A DNA stretch of 63,144 bases, the filler included, from Octopus bimaculoides (Eukaryota), in NCBI RefSeq assembly GCF_001194135.2. It is 9 parts of 9 records of this genome, joined end to end, with 100 filler letters (N's around TTAATTAATTAA, not from the genome) between each part and the next. Parts side by side here need not be neighbours in the genome. Positions count along the whole stretch, not along the records: positions 34,453 to 44,159 come from NC_068981.1; positions 44,260 to 53,300 come from NC_069005.1; 7 more parts are not named here. One strand, given 5' to 3'. The position numbers and the translations under genes were made by a program. Under the pieces are notes generated by a model. The model was not told the origin of the DNA, did no database searches, and was given only the letters and a program-made list of their open reading frames with translations. Numbering within the stretch: position 1 is the first letter of the stretch; each line of letters starts with the position of its first letter. This document shows, in pieces, positions 38,030 through 50,895 of the stretch.

Positions 38030-38904
38030 NNNNNNNNNNNNNNNNNNNNNNNNNNNNNNNNNNNNNNNNNNNNNNNNNNNNNNNNNNNNNNNNNNNNNNN
38101 NNNNNNNNNNNNNNNNNNNNNNNNNNNNNNNNNNNNNNNNNNNNNNNNNNNNNNNNNNNNNNNNNNNNNNNNNNNNNNNNNNNNNNNNNNNNNNNNNNNN
38201 NNNNNNNNNNNNNNNNNNNNNNNNNNNNNNNNNNNNNNNNNNNNNNNNNNNNNNNNNNNNNNNNNNNNNNNNNNNNNNNNNNNNNNNNNNNNNNNNNNNN
38301 NNNNNNNNNNNNNNNNNNNNNNNNNNNNNNNNNNNNNNNNNNNNNNNNNNNNNNNNNNNNNNNNNNNNNNNNNNNNNNNNNNNNNNNNNNNNNNNNNNNN
38401 NNNNNNNNNNNNNNNNNNNNNNNNNNNNNNNNNNNNNNNNNNNNNNNNNNNNNNNNNNNNNNNNNNNNNNNNNNNNNNNNNNNNNNNNNNNNNNNNNNNN
38501 NNNNNNNNNNNNNNNNNNNNNNNNNNNNNNNNNNNNNNNNNNNNNNNNNNNNNNNNNNNNNNNNNNNNNNNNNNNNNNNNNNNNNNNNNNNNNNNNNNNN
38601 NNNNNNNNNNNNNNNNNNNNNNNNNNNNNNNNNNNNNNNNNNNNNNNNNNNNNNNNNNNNNNNNNNNNNNNNNNNNNNNNNNNNNNNNNNNNNNNNNNNN
38701 NNNNNNNNNNNNNNNNNNNNNNNNNNNNNNNNNNNNNNNNNNNNNNNNNNNNNNNNNNNNNNNNNNNNNNNNNNNNNNNNNNNNNNNNNNNNNNNNNNNN
38801 NNNNNNNNNNNNNNNNNNNNNNNNNNNNNNNNNNNNNNNNNNNNNNNNNNNNNNNNNNNNNNNNNNNNNNGGTTCTCATTTTTCGATATTGTTGTTGTTG
38901 TTAA

Positions 38905-38988
<84 letters not shown>

Positions 38989-38989
38989 C

Positions 38990-39070
38990 ATTCGGGTCAC
39001 TGCCTGGAATTAAACTCGTTATCTTGGGGTTAGTAGCCTGCGCTCTTAGCCACTACGTCATAAGCACACG
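38990..39070 (-). mobile_element. tRNA-like SINE head
   Basis: The reverse complement reads GTAGTGGCTAAGAGCGCAGGCTACTAACCCCAAGATAACGAGTTTAATTCCAGGCAGTGACC, with A-box and B-box pattern. Confidence 0.55.
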
Positions 39071-39142
39071 GGCATATGACGTATTGGCTAACTATAGAAT
39101 TATATATACGTGTGTGTGCATATTTGTATGTATGTCTGTGTA

Positions 39143-39185
<43 letters not shown>

Positions 39186-41738
39186 GAGAATTGGGGAAAT
39201 ACTCTAAATTAGAAAGAAAAATATGATGCCTCTGTAGATATATGTGTGTATATTTTATCAGCTAATTCGGAATTATTTCTGACTCTTTCATTGGGATGTG
39301 TGTCATATGTTAGTATATGTCCATTACACACTTCAGTCGTGTTTTAGATCTCGATGATGAGCCTATGTAAACTAATTACAAACGTTCGTTATTATGGTGC
39401 ATTTCAGAACTTTATTTTTACCCTACAGCCTGAAAAATACCAATATAAACATTTAAATCTAGAACATAATAGCATTTTCAAAATACCCTTTTAAATGTGT
39501 GTGCATGCTTCCGTGTGTTGGTGTGTGCGTGTTATTACGTGTGTTCTTTGTATTTTGTTATTCAAGGGTGTACCTATATGTGTGTATATACATAGATACT
39601 ATATATACATACACACACACACACATACACACATATACTTATATATGTGTGTGCGTATACAGCTATATCTGATAACAAATATATACACATATATATGAGT
39701 GTGTCGGTGAATGTGTATGTATTTCCGTATGAGTATATCTATGTATATATCGGCATACATGCCCTTGCAGTTATAATATTTCTGGCAAGTTTATCACATC
39801 ATTTCCATTTTAACTTATGGCATCTTGTATTTATTTATTTATTTTATTTGATTCTAATTTGAAATATAACTTTCATAAGATATTTTAAGAGCTCTACGCT
39901 ATATTCACGATTCAAAATTAAGAAATAAATGTTTTGATCTCTTTGACTAAAATTTCAGTTTGGATACAGACAAGATTTATTTGATAATACTGCTTACATG
40001 TTTTTAATCGCAATTTCGTAATACTTTTTAAAAGTAGCTTAAACAGTATGTTGTTTAGTCTACATATACTTGTGTCTCCGCGCTAACTTAATATATTTCA
40101 CGAATCAGATTTGTTTTAACATATTTTATTTCCATAAGAAATATGTGGAAAATATTGCTTATAAAATCGTCATACACATGAACAATTTTGTCATATTTAT
40201 TTTAATTTCTTTTTAAATTAAATGATATTTTTAAATCGTGATAAACAGAAAAAAAATTGACCTTGAATATAATCTTTCCAAACGGCAGTACATATCTCAT
40301 ATACAAAACACTTAAGACTCATTGGTATATAAATGGTGATAAAACCCAATTTAATTTTTTTCCCGTTGTTATATTTTTCATTATCTTTCATGTTCCTTAC
40401 TTATATTATGCGCGGCCTGCGTAACATCTTTTGAAACGCAATTCTTTAATAAGAATGGAAGAAAAGAATTAAAGGACAGAGTAAGATAATAATGAAAACA
40501 AAATATTTGTGAAATAAACTGAACGTATATTATTTAATTAAAAATAAAAAAAAATGAAAAAGCTTTTAAACCAAAATCTGTACTTATATATGATATAATC
40601 ATTTTGTTTCAAAATGTGCTAAGGACGTGTTTTACAATCCATACACTGTATGCATGGATATTTGGGCTACAAGACAAAATATTAATGACTGTTATCTTCT
40701 ATTGCGGATCAATCTTTACAAAAAAATAAATAAATATAAAAAAACATTACAAGCATTGTCCGTGTTGAGCTTGCATACAGTGCCATGATTTAATTAGCAA
40801 GTGCAACATAAACAAATCTTTCATATTTAAGAAATAAATTAATAAAAAAAGAAAGAAAAAATATTGAATGATGCAAATATGTATCAACATTAACTATTTT
40901 AGTGAACATGTCTGTTTGAAAACTTCGCAGTTATAATAAATGTTTCAAGATATATATTGCGATATTATTTTTTTTCCATTTGGTATGGGCATCGAATCAC
41001 GCAAAGAAATATCAAAAAACATTCTAAAGTAATTACAAACGCTGAAGAATCTATTTTATTTCATATATATGATCTATGATGTTGCTAAATGCTTTATATC
41101 TTAGGTTATAACACTAATCCAAATAGTCTACCAGATGCATATATATTTAAACGTACATTATTCACTTGCAGTGATTCGGATGGAATCCCTCTTACACACA
41201 GAAATGCATGTACACACACACATGCACACACTCATACACACATAAGCGCACACATATACACATACACACACGTGTGGAGGATCATGCATATGCACGCAAA
41301 ATTACATTTGTATTTATATAATTGCAAAAAAGGAATCACCAGTCTAAACAATATTTATTTCGTTGGAGGTATATGTGAAAATCCAAGTCGTATCGTAAAA
41401 GTGATCGTATACTAAAGATATGGACAGTTTGCTCTTAATGTCTTGCGACAAATAATATGATTTAGTAAATTGTTAATGATGTGTGTGTGTGTGTGTTTGT
41501 AATTCGCTGTTCCATCTGAGGTGTAATCAACAGAAAAGCAATCCATCGATTGCAAGTCCTGTAATTTTTTACTCACATAACATCTACCGGTATGCATGGG
41601 TCTGGTGGATTGCGTGGAGATAAATGCCATGTTATGCAGACATGCCCAATTATTGTATTTCTTTACCATAAAGTTATCAGTAGCTGCTTTTTGAAGTAAT
41701 GTTTATTAAATCTTTACAAACACACACACACACACACA

Positions 41739-41801
<63 letters not shown>

Positions 41802-42094
41802 CCACTTAGGGAGCAATAATTATTCCAGGTAATCAGGATATTTACTAAGCAAACATTATCAATTACAATATTATTACAAATTTGTGATTTTACCAATAGG
41901 AGCACAGGACAACTCTACTTTCTAGAGTACACATAGAAAGCTATATCCAAAATACTAATCTAATAATATAAGCATTTTAAAACCCGTACAATAAAATAAA
42001 GTACAATAGAATTAATTAAAACCATTTATACATATTTTAAAATATATATACTTTACCTGCTATTGGTCTGTGGGGAAAGAAGATAATATTAATC

Positions 42095-42178
42095 AACGCT
42101 ACACGTGTTTCTACCATGATGGTTTCTTTACCAGGCTATACCTAATACATAAATCCACCAGTGCGTCGTCAGGCTATT
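42095..42178 (-). ncRNA. Degenerate hammerhead ribozyme motif (left arm of large foldback)
   Basis: On the minus strand: AATAGC - CTGACGA - ... - GAAA - CACGTG - TA - GCGTT. It is the inverted copy of 43367-43451. Confidence 0.5.
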
Positions 42179-42378
42179 ATTTTCTGATTATTATTATTAA
42201 TGAATCCAAATTAATCCTCCAAATTCTAAGATATCTTATTCAAAAATAAGAATAAAAATTTATAAATATATATATAACTTCCTAATATATTTTACAATAT
42301 TTAAAAAATTTTTTAAATTACAAAATTATAAAATTTACAACATTTCTAAAAATTCCATAAAAGTAAAATACAATAGCG

Positions 42379-42409
<31 letters not shown>

Positions 42410-42593
42410 GAAGATAAGCAACAAATTTAGAGGAAGGTAAATTTGAAATTACTAATATCCCTCCAATTAGATTTTAAATTCTTGTTTGATTCACTAGTCT
42501 GTTGAACAGCAGCATAGTCGAGATGGTATGTTTTCTTCTCTTACTCTTGTTTTTTGCAAACATCTTCAAAATGTCTTTCTAAAATGAAATTCC

Positions 42594-42691
42594 ATTATGC
42601 AGCTGAGGAGTACATTTTCATCGTACATTCTATGTGGTGTTCTCACTACATGAATAAATGGAGCTTGTACGAAACGTACGTACTGCTATAA
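42594..42691 (+). ncRNA. Type I minimal hammerhead ribozyme, intact core with extended stem II
   Basis: TTATGCAG - CTGAGGA (42603-42609) - GTAC...GTAC (stem II, with inner TGTGGTG/CACTACA and ATTTTCAT/ATGAATAAAT pairings) - GAAA (42671-42674) - palindromic CGTACG - TA - CTGC(t)ATAA. The predicted GUA cleavage site follows 42682. Confidence 0.88.
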
Positions 42692-43254
42692 CCTATTGAA
42701 TTTTTTTTTTTGCTTATCTTCAAATTTTATTCACCAAATCTCTTGATTTTGTTTTTGGTTTTTACCCTACCAAATTCTGGTGCCTCAACATTTTAAGTGC
42801 CACATTTAATCTTTTGATTAAATCAATATCATNNNNNNNNNNNNNNNNNNNNNNNNNNNNNNNNNNNNNNNNNNNNNNNNNNNNNNNNNNNNNNNNNNNN
42901 NNNNNNNNNNNNNNNNNNNNNNNNNNNNNNNNNNNNNNNNNNNNNNNNNNNNNNNNNNNNNNNNNNNNNNNNNNNNNNNNNNNNNNNNNNNNNNNNNNNN
43001 NNNNNNNNNNNNNNNNNNNNNNNNNNNNNNNNNNNNNNNNNNNNNNNNNNNNNNNNNNNNNNNNNNNNNNNNNNNNNNNNNNNNNNNNNNNNNNNNNNNN
43101 NNNNNNNNNNNNNNNNNNNNNNNNNNNNNNNNNNNNNAACATATAGGGATCAGCAGGAATTGCTTCACCAACATACTGAAAACTTAGAAATAGCTGTTAA
43201 AAAACTACTAATTCTAACTACGAAAAAATGAATATTGTAAAATATATTAGGAAG

Positions 43255-43298
<44 letters not shown>

Positions 43299-43366
43299 TT
43301 ATCTATTTTTAGAAGTAGGATTAATTTGGATCTGTTAATAATAATAATAAGCAGAAGAAGGAGAAA

Positions 43367-43451
43367 AATAGTCTGACGACGCACTGGTGGTTTTCTGTAT
43401 TAGGCATAGCCAGGTAAAACAAGTCACCATGGCAGAAACACGTGTAGCGTT
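43367..43451 (+). ncRNA. Degenerate hammerhead ribozyme motif (right arm of large foldback)
   Basis: AATAGT - CTGACGA (43373-43379) - imperfect stem II (CGCACTGGTG / CACCATGGCA) - GAAA - palindromic CACGTG - TA - GCGTT. Confidence 0.5.
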
Positions 43452-43724
43452 GATTAATATTATCTTCTTTCCCCACAGACTAATAACAGGTAAGGTATAT
43501 ATATATATTAAAATATGTTTAAATAATTTTTTCATTAATTCTATTGTACTTTATTTTATTGTAAGTTACAAATATTTTTAAAATGCTAATATTATTAGAT
43601 TAGTATTTTGGTTAGAATTTTCCTATGTGTACTCCAGAACATAAGGTTGTCCTGAAATAGAAGTTGTGGTCCTATTGGTAAAATCCCAAATTTGTGATAA
43701 TATCTATATATATATATATACATA

Positions 43725-44159
43725 CAGAGTGCGATTGCGTACGCTGTCTGTCTATTCATGAACTTGGACAACTAAATCAAGTGCCTGGCAGAGGTAGTGC
43801 TGCTCTGGGTCAAGAAGGTGGCTTCTGGAAGAAGCTATATCTAGCAACAGGACTCTGAACCATGTCACAAAAACAGGAGAATCCAGTCATGGCTGTCAAA
43901 CAATTTGTGAGACCACATCAGCCCTAATATCTCGCCACCTAACTTCCCAGACTGCAACCACCATGACATGTGTGAGGCGCAGTTGAACGAACGAAGGACC
44001 GAGAAAATTCTTTGTAACACCGAAGATGCGCTGAAAGCAAGGATTATGGCAGCAGTCACCAAATTAAACAAGGAGGCCGTCCAAAGGATCTGTAGAGAAT
44101 CCTGAATTCGTCTGGAGGCCATTGTGGACGCTAATGAAGATTTTGTTGAATAAATTTAC
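43725..44159 (+). mobile_element. maT-like mariner transposase 3' fragment, same family as 11088-11845
   Basis: Nucleotide similarity through CAGGACTCTGAACCATGTCAC to GCTAATGAAGATTTTGTTGAATAAATTTAC. It is truncated by a linker. Confidence 0.8.
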
Positions 44160-44261
44160 NNNNNNNNNNNNNNNNNNNNNNNNNNNNNNNNNNNNNNNNN
44201 NNNTTAATTAATTAANNNNNNNNNNNNNNNNNNNNNNNNNNNNNNNNNNNNNNNNNNNNAA

Positions 44262-44372
44262 AAACAAGGGGCTGATTTTTCGGCCAGAAGCTATAGTAGA
44301 AGACGCCCAACGTGTTACGTAGTGTGACTGAACCCGGGACCATGATGTTTGAGAAATAAACTTCTTACCAGA
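44262..44372 (-). mobile_element. SINE family A head
   Basis: GCTATAGTAGAAGAC...GACTGAACCCGG.ACCATG. Confidence 0.7.
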
Positions 44373-44420
44373 CAGCCAGGCCTGTACCTGCATACGTTTA
44401 AGTATACGGTTGTGTATCTA

Positions 44421-44461
<41 letters not shown>

Positions 44462-44999
44462 GTGTGTTTGTGTGTGTGTGTGTGTTGAGTTTGAACTTCT
44501 GGTAACCAAGATGTTGTCTCTGTAACAGACGTTATTTATCATAAAACCACCAACTGACAGGCAATTAGTGTCCTAATTGACAAACAACCAATTATATAGA
44601 GAAAAGGAGAGTGTAGATTGGGACAGTGAGGAGTGTCGGAGGGTGAGTGGGGGGTTCCAGGGGGAGGGAAATGAAGGAGGGAGTTGAAAATGTTTCAAAT
44701 ACTAAAATATTAAAATCCTATTATTTTAATAAGATTTTTTTTATGTTGATTTCGTTTAGATGTAGTTGTTGTTGTTGTTGTTGTTGTTTGTGGTGACTTA
44801 GTGCTGGTGCTGGTGCTGGTGGTTGTGGTGGTAGCACTGGTAGAGTTGGTGCTTGTACAAGCCTTGGTGATACTGTTGATGGTAGTAACAGCGGTGGTGG
44901 TGGTGGTGGTGGTGGTAGCGTTAAAGGAGTTGATGGTGATGGTGATGATGACGATCGTGGTGGTGATGGCGATCGCGATGGTGATGGCAATCGTGGTAG

Positions 45000-45203
45000 A
45001 CGATATTTTCTGTTTTGGTCGACACTAATTTTCAAATTACTGAAGTCTGTTGCTCTACTCATAGCGACGTATAACTGGCCGCGTATAAACATCGGAGTGG
45101 GTAAAAATACACCTGCACGATCTAAAGTCTGACCCTGTACCTTGTTTGCTGTTAATACACGAGCGGAATCTTTAGGAATCTGCCCATCTACGATGGGTAA
45201 CAA
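45000..45203 (-). mobile_element. Helitron/PIF1-type helicase C-terminal fragment
   Basis: LTANKVQGQTLDRAGVFLPTPMFIRGQLYVAMSRATDFSNLKI, matching PIF1 motif V/VI (TINKSQGQTL...HGQLYVALSR). Confidence 0.85.
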
Positions 45204-45214
45204 AGGAATAGTAT

Positions 45215-45435
45215 TGCAAATGTAAGCCCTCTAAATTTACGAACTATACGGCGGGGTGGGGATCCAGAGTTAATCCTCGTCACCGGAATTTTAACAAAAA
45301 AAATCAAAGGTGATTTATTTATACAAAACTCAATATCCACTAAATAATCATACTTCTTCACATTTAGTCCTGATTACCTCCTTCGTAATCCCGAAAAACA
45401 TCGTGATTGGTCCTGCTGTTTAACCGTGAAAGAGA

Positions 45436-45489
<54 letters not shown>

Positions 45490-45765
45490 GGACATAACGC
45501 CCATTATAGTAGGAAGTTGACTTACTGCCCTTTGCTTCTTTTATTAGTTATCTCCCCCTTAATTTTTATTTACTTTTTTTACGCCCGTAAACTGAACGAT
45601 TACCCTCAATATCCCCTAAATAATCATACTTTTTCACATTCCTTTCGCTAAAATCCTTCCTCATTAACTCCTTTGTAATCCTGAAAAATATCGTGACCAT
45701 TGGTCCAGCCGTTTGACCGTGAAGAGGGAACAGACAGACAGATGGCCATAACCACTCATAGTAAG
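45215..45765 (+). mobile_element. Helitron-associated tandem units with (GACA)n
   Basis: Two related units (CTCAATATCC.CTAAATAATCATACTT...CGTGA..GG..C.GC.GTTT.ACCGTGAA.AG..AACAGACAGAC...ATAAC) at about 45330-45515 and 45605-45765. Confidence 0.55.
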
Positions 45766-46667
45766 ATTATCATCATTATTATTACAATTGTTGTTGATGT
45801 GGTTGTTGTTGTTGCTGCTGCTGCTGTTATTGTTATTGCTGTTGTTGTCGTCGTCGTTAGCCCCAAGCTTCTCTCATCACATCGACGTTTCGAAAGTTTA
45901 CTTTGTCTTTTGTAAATTGCCCTTTGAAAGTTTGGAACTTATTTGGTTTTAGATATTCTCAGGAAAAAGATATCTTTTATTTTTAACAAAAGATCTGTGT
46001 TTAAGCTAATTAAAAGAGGAAAGGCTATTTTCTCTCTCACCGTTGGCAGTCAGCAGACGTACATTTTATTAAAAATGTCAAGACTTCTATTTGGAGATTC
46101 AGGACCAGTGGGAGGCAGCCATATCAGTTGTAGTAGCGATCACGCCGCTAAAAGTGTCGTCTGCGCTGATAATTTTGCTTGTCAAAGCGAAATGGTGACC
46201 TTCTCCGAAGATTTTTTTGGAGAAATATCAGAAATATGTAGATGTTAACTCTGTCAAAACCACCATTGCTGTGATACGACGAGGCAGGTAGATAGAAAAT
46301 GGCATCGAAAACAATAAAATCGAACACAACAAAAACAATGGCAAAACGAAAGATGCAATATGTTAAAGATGGACGATGTTGCGGAATGTCGTCAAGAAGA
46401 AGGAAATAAGAACGAAAATAGCAACAGTATCAACAACAGAATCGATAATGTAGGCACCTGATGAGCACTGAGATCGATATAATTGACTTACCCACTCACG
46501 CGAAATTACTGGCCCTGTGCGAAAATTTGAAACTATTAGCAGAATTATTAACATCATCATCATCATCATTATCATCATCATCCCTTTCCTTCTCACCATC
46601 ATTATTATTATTATTATTATTAATGTTGTTGTTGTTGTTGTTGTTATTGTTGTTGTTGTTGTTGTTG

Positions 46668-46732
<65 letters not shown>

Positions 46733-47482
46733 TGGTGCCGTATTATCAGTTCAAACCGATACGTCATCGCCATTGATTTCGTTCACGTTGCGATTATTGT
46801 CGCATTTAGCAGCCAGTCGCTATCGTTATTTGGAATTGTCCAATCGGTGATACAATTCAAACGCTACTTTTCAAAGAGTTGCATTGAAACCGTTCTGTTC
46901 TATGGCAGCAAGCGATGACTGGACAATAAGAGAAACACTAGCAAAGAGATAAATGCCAAAACATTGCTCTCTTTTTACTCTAAGACTTGCCATTCCATAG
47001 AGGCACCAATGTAAGATTTCTCAATTCAAAACTATAGAATCGCGGCAGTTGTTTGATAACCTCGTTAACATTGCTTGGATTATGATTTCGTCTATACTTC
47101 GTATCAAGATATGTTTGAATGAGTGAGTTAGACGATGATAAGTGACTAATAATTATTCTACAAACGCTAATATCTCGTTGGAAACTCCATTAAAAATTTC
47201 GTCTTCTTTGCGTGTATCTATGTCCGTCACACCGTTTCTATGTTCTGGTCAAAGAACGACAATTGTTCGTCTACACGTCTACATGGTGTCTGTTCACAAT
47301 GAAACGTGACCTACGTAAAGTAATGAATTATATCTCTCAACTGTCGAGCTAACGGAGAAACCGTGAAGTATTATAAAATAGCAGCCAAAACTCCCTCAAA
47401 TTACACGCCACTGTTTTTGAAAGAAGTTATTGAATAACATGATCCCGGAACCATTTTTGGTAGGAAAAAGGCGGAAAGGTTT

Positions 47483-47597
47483 TGGTCGGCCCGAGGCTAT
47501 AGTAGAAGACACTTGCCCAAGGTGCCACGCAGTGGGACTGAACCCGGAACCATGTGGTTGGTAAGCAAGCTACTTACTACACAGTCACTCCTACGCC
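47483..47597 (-). mobile_element. SINE family A head, well preserved
   Basis: GGCCCGAGGCTATAGTAGAAGACACTTGCCCAAGGTGCCACGCAGTGGGACTGAACCCGGAACCATGTGGTTGGTAAGCAAGCTACTTAC. Confidence 0.85.
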
Positions 47598-47825
47598 TAT
47601 TGTATATATGTATGTATATATAGAGAGAGAGAGACAGAGAGGGGGAGGGAGGGAGAGAGAGACACACACGTATATTGATAGATCTCGGAGGAGAAATCAA
47701 CAGAAAGTGAAAGTGAAACAAAAAGGCAAGAATTTCCATCCCAGCAGAGTCAGCATTTCCTTCATCTGCTAGACAAAAGCAAACACTAACCCACATTACG
47801 TTAGAAACATTAATACAACAGAAAT

Positions 47826-47864
<39 letters not shown>

Positions 47865-48267
47865 ATTGTAAAGATTGATAACACTACAAAATAACAAACG
47901 TTTGCCGACGCAGATTAAAAAGACTTAAGAGTGACGTCAATGGGAAAATGTTGTAAAACTCCGGTTTACGGCAGTAAATTCAATAACAACACCCAGCTTA
48001 ATAACAAGAGCATTTCCACCACTACATCTACTACCACCTACACCACAACTAACAGCACCACCTCAAACATCACCACCACTACCAACCAAAAAGTCTGGCT
48101 TACGGTAGTTAATTCAATATCTAGTCCCACTTCGTTTCACATGCTCGCCATATTTCGAAATCCCACAAGGATTATGGGATCACTAAATTCTTTGTTCTCT
48201 GAAATCTCCCGACCCAGAAAATGTGACTATGTTTGGATTGTAGTTAAATAGACTCTTTCGTACATAA

Positions 48268-48300
<33 letters not shown>

Positions 48301-48568
48301 ACTACACACAAACATATTACATACACACAAAGCATACGATCGCGTACAGGCGCATACACACGCAAACACTCCCATATCGCATATCGTATGCGTAAATCGA
48401 TATCTGTTCATGATTGAGCCTAACCACAGGCATGTCTGCGTACACTCACGCTCGCGTGCGCGCACACAAACACACATGTACATATATCTATGTAAGTAAT
48501 GTGTGTATACATATGCATGTAAATAGATAATATAACTATTTATCTATCTATATATATATATATACATG

Positions 48569-48629
<61 letters not shown>

Positions 48630-48955
48630 ACATACATGTGTGTATGCAAGCATATACCCCAGACAACACTACACACCTCACACACACACACACAAACACA
48701 CCCGTGACCATGCACACATGTATATAGACACATAATTATGTGTGTATGCATACGCGCGCGTGCGTCCCATTGTTCGGATGTTTACTACTTTCAAGGGAAA
48801 GGCACCAAGATAATTCATCGTTCCTTTGGAATTACTAATATTTTGTTACATCCCTTTCTATACTTATATGGACATCTACAAAAGGACATGCACTTATGCA
48901 CAGAGATATATGTACGAACATGTATATATATGTGTGTGTGTTTGTGTGTGCGTGT

Positions 48956-49000
<45 letters not shown>

Positions 49001-49305
49001 CACATATATGCGCGCATATACTTGTGTCTCCCAAAGAAGCATGTACATAAACACATGCGTGTACATATATATATGTGTGTGTGTGTGTGTATGTTTATAT
49101 ATAACCATATACATATACATAATATAAATAATATATAGATATATGCATATATCCATACATATATGTACATGCCTACATCTATATGTATACATACATATAC
49201 ATATGTGTATGCGTATGTAGAGAGAGAGAAAGAAAGAAAGAAAGAAAGAAAGAAAGGAAGGAAGGAAGAAAGAAGGAAAAGCATATAAGAGGATGTGTGC
49301 GTGTT

Positions 49306-49356
<51 letters not shown>

Positions 49357-50399
49357 TGTGTGGTGTGTGTGTGTGTACATATATATCTATGTGATAAGTA
49401 TTTATGCGTATTCCTCCCTTCACAAACTCCCACCGTTTATTTATACGCAATCCACATTTTTACACTTCGATTANNNNNNNNNNNNNNNNNNNNNNNNNNN
49501 NNNNNNNNNNNNNNNNNNNNNNNNNNNNNNNNNNNNNNNNNNNNNNNNNNNNNNNNNNNNNNNNNNNNNNNNNNNNNNNNNNNNNNNNNNNNNNNNNNNN
49601 NNNNNNNNNNNNNNNNNNNNNNNNNNNNNNNNNNNNNNNNNNNNNNNNNNNNNNNNNNNNNNNNNNNNNNNNNNNNNNNNNNNNNNNNNNNNNNNNNNNN
49701 NNNNNNNNNNNNNNNNNNNNNNNNNNNNNNNNNNNNNNNNNNNNNNNNNNNNNNNNNNNNNNNNNNNNNNNNNNNNNNNNNNNNNNNNNNNNNNNNNNNN
49801 NNNNNNNNNNNNNNNNNNNNNNNNNNNNNNNNNNNNNNNNNNNNNNNNNNNNNNNNNNNNNNNNNNNNNNNNNNNNNNNNNNNNNNNNNNNNNNNNNNNN
49901 NNNNNNNNNNNNNNNNNNNNNNNNNNNNNNNNNNNNNNNNNNNNNNNNNNNNNNNNNNNNNNNNNNNNNNNNNNNNNNNNNNNNNNNNNNNNNNNNNNNN
50001 NNNNNNNNNNNNNNNNNNNNNNNNNNNNNNNNNNNNNNNNNNNNNNNNNNNNNNNNNNNNNNNNNNNNNNNNNNNNNNNNNNNNNNNNNNNNNNNNNNNN
50101 NNNNNNNNNNNNNNNNNNNNNNNNNNNNNNNNNNNNNNNNNNNNNNNNNNNNNNNNNNNNNNNNNNNNNNNNNNNNNNNNNNNNNNNNNNNNNNNNNNNN
50201 NNNNNNNNNNNNNNNNNNNNNNNNNNNAGTGGTAGAGGTGGTGATGGCAGTGGCGGTGGTGGCGGTAATTGTGTTGGTGTTGGTTGTAGTGGTAGTGATT
50301 GCGTTGGTGGTGGTGGTGGCGGTGGTGGTTTTGGTCGTCGTCGTCGTCGTCATCGCAGGTTATTTATTGTTGTTGGTGTTGTTGACGTTTATTCTCGTT

Positions 50400-50863
50400 T
50401 CTTTCTCTGTCGTTGTTGTTGTTGCAGTTGTTGTTGCATTTACTGACGCACTTATTGCACCTGATGTTATTGTTGCTGCATCTCCTACCCTCCACTTTCC
50501 CTCTCTTTCTCTCCCTCCCTCTCTCTTTCCCTCCCTGTCCTGCTCTCCCTTTGTCCCCTCTCTCCTTCTGTCCCGTCTCCTTCTACCTCTTCCTCTCCCG
50601 CGCTCTCTCCCTTCCTTTACCTCTCTCTCTCTCTTTTCTCCTCTCTCTCTCTACCACAGTCTCCTCTCTCCTCTCTCTCCTCTCCTCCTTTCTCCTCCTC
50701 TTCCTCTCCCTCATACCTCCTCACCCTTTCCCCTTCTCTCCCCTACATCATTCTCCCCCCCCCTTTCAAATTTTCTTGTTTCCTTTTATTTTTACTCATA
50801 AAAGTATTCTCTTCATGTTTTTGTTGTTGCTTCAGATGGTATTGTTCGTGTAGTAGTAGTAGT

Positions 50864-50895
<32 letters not shown>

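Larger units (their letters stand above)
41868..43705. repeat. Large inverted repeat, arms about 41868-42305 and 43228-43705; spacer contains an intact hammerhead and an N gap
   Basis: Reverse-complement alignment through anchors such as TTTACCAATAGG/CCTATTGGTAAA and GGGGAAAGAAGATAATATTAATCAACGCTACACGTG. Confidence 0.88.

Noticed and set aside
36356-39185. Long ORFs of 270-340 aa in the track
   Set aside because: They consist of N gaps and TA/TTA repeats and contain no coding information. The same applies to 25643-26425, 49183-50801 and 57081-58514.
46454-46520. GCAC-CTGATGA...GC-GAAA...GTGC near-hammerhead
   Set aside because: Position 16.1 is C rather than U and stem III does not pair. 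It is likely chance or too decayed to call.
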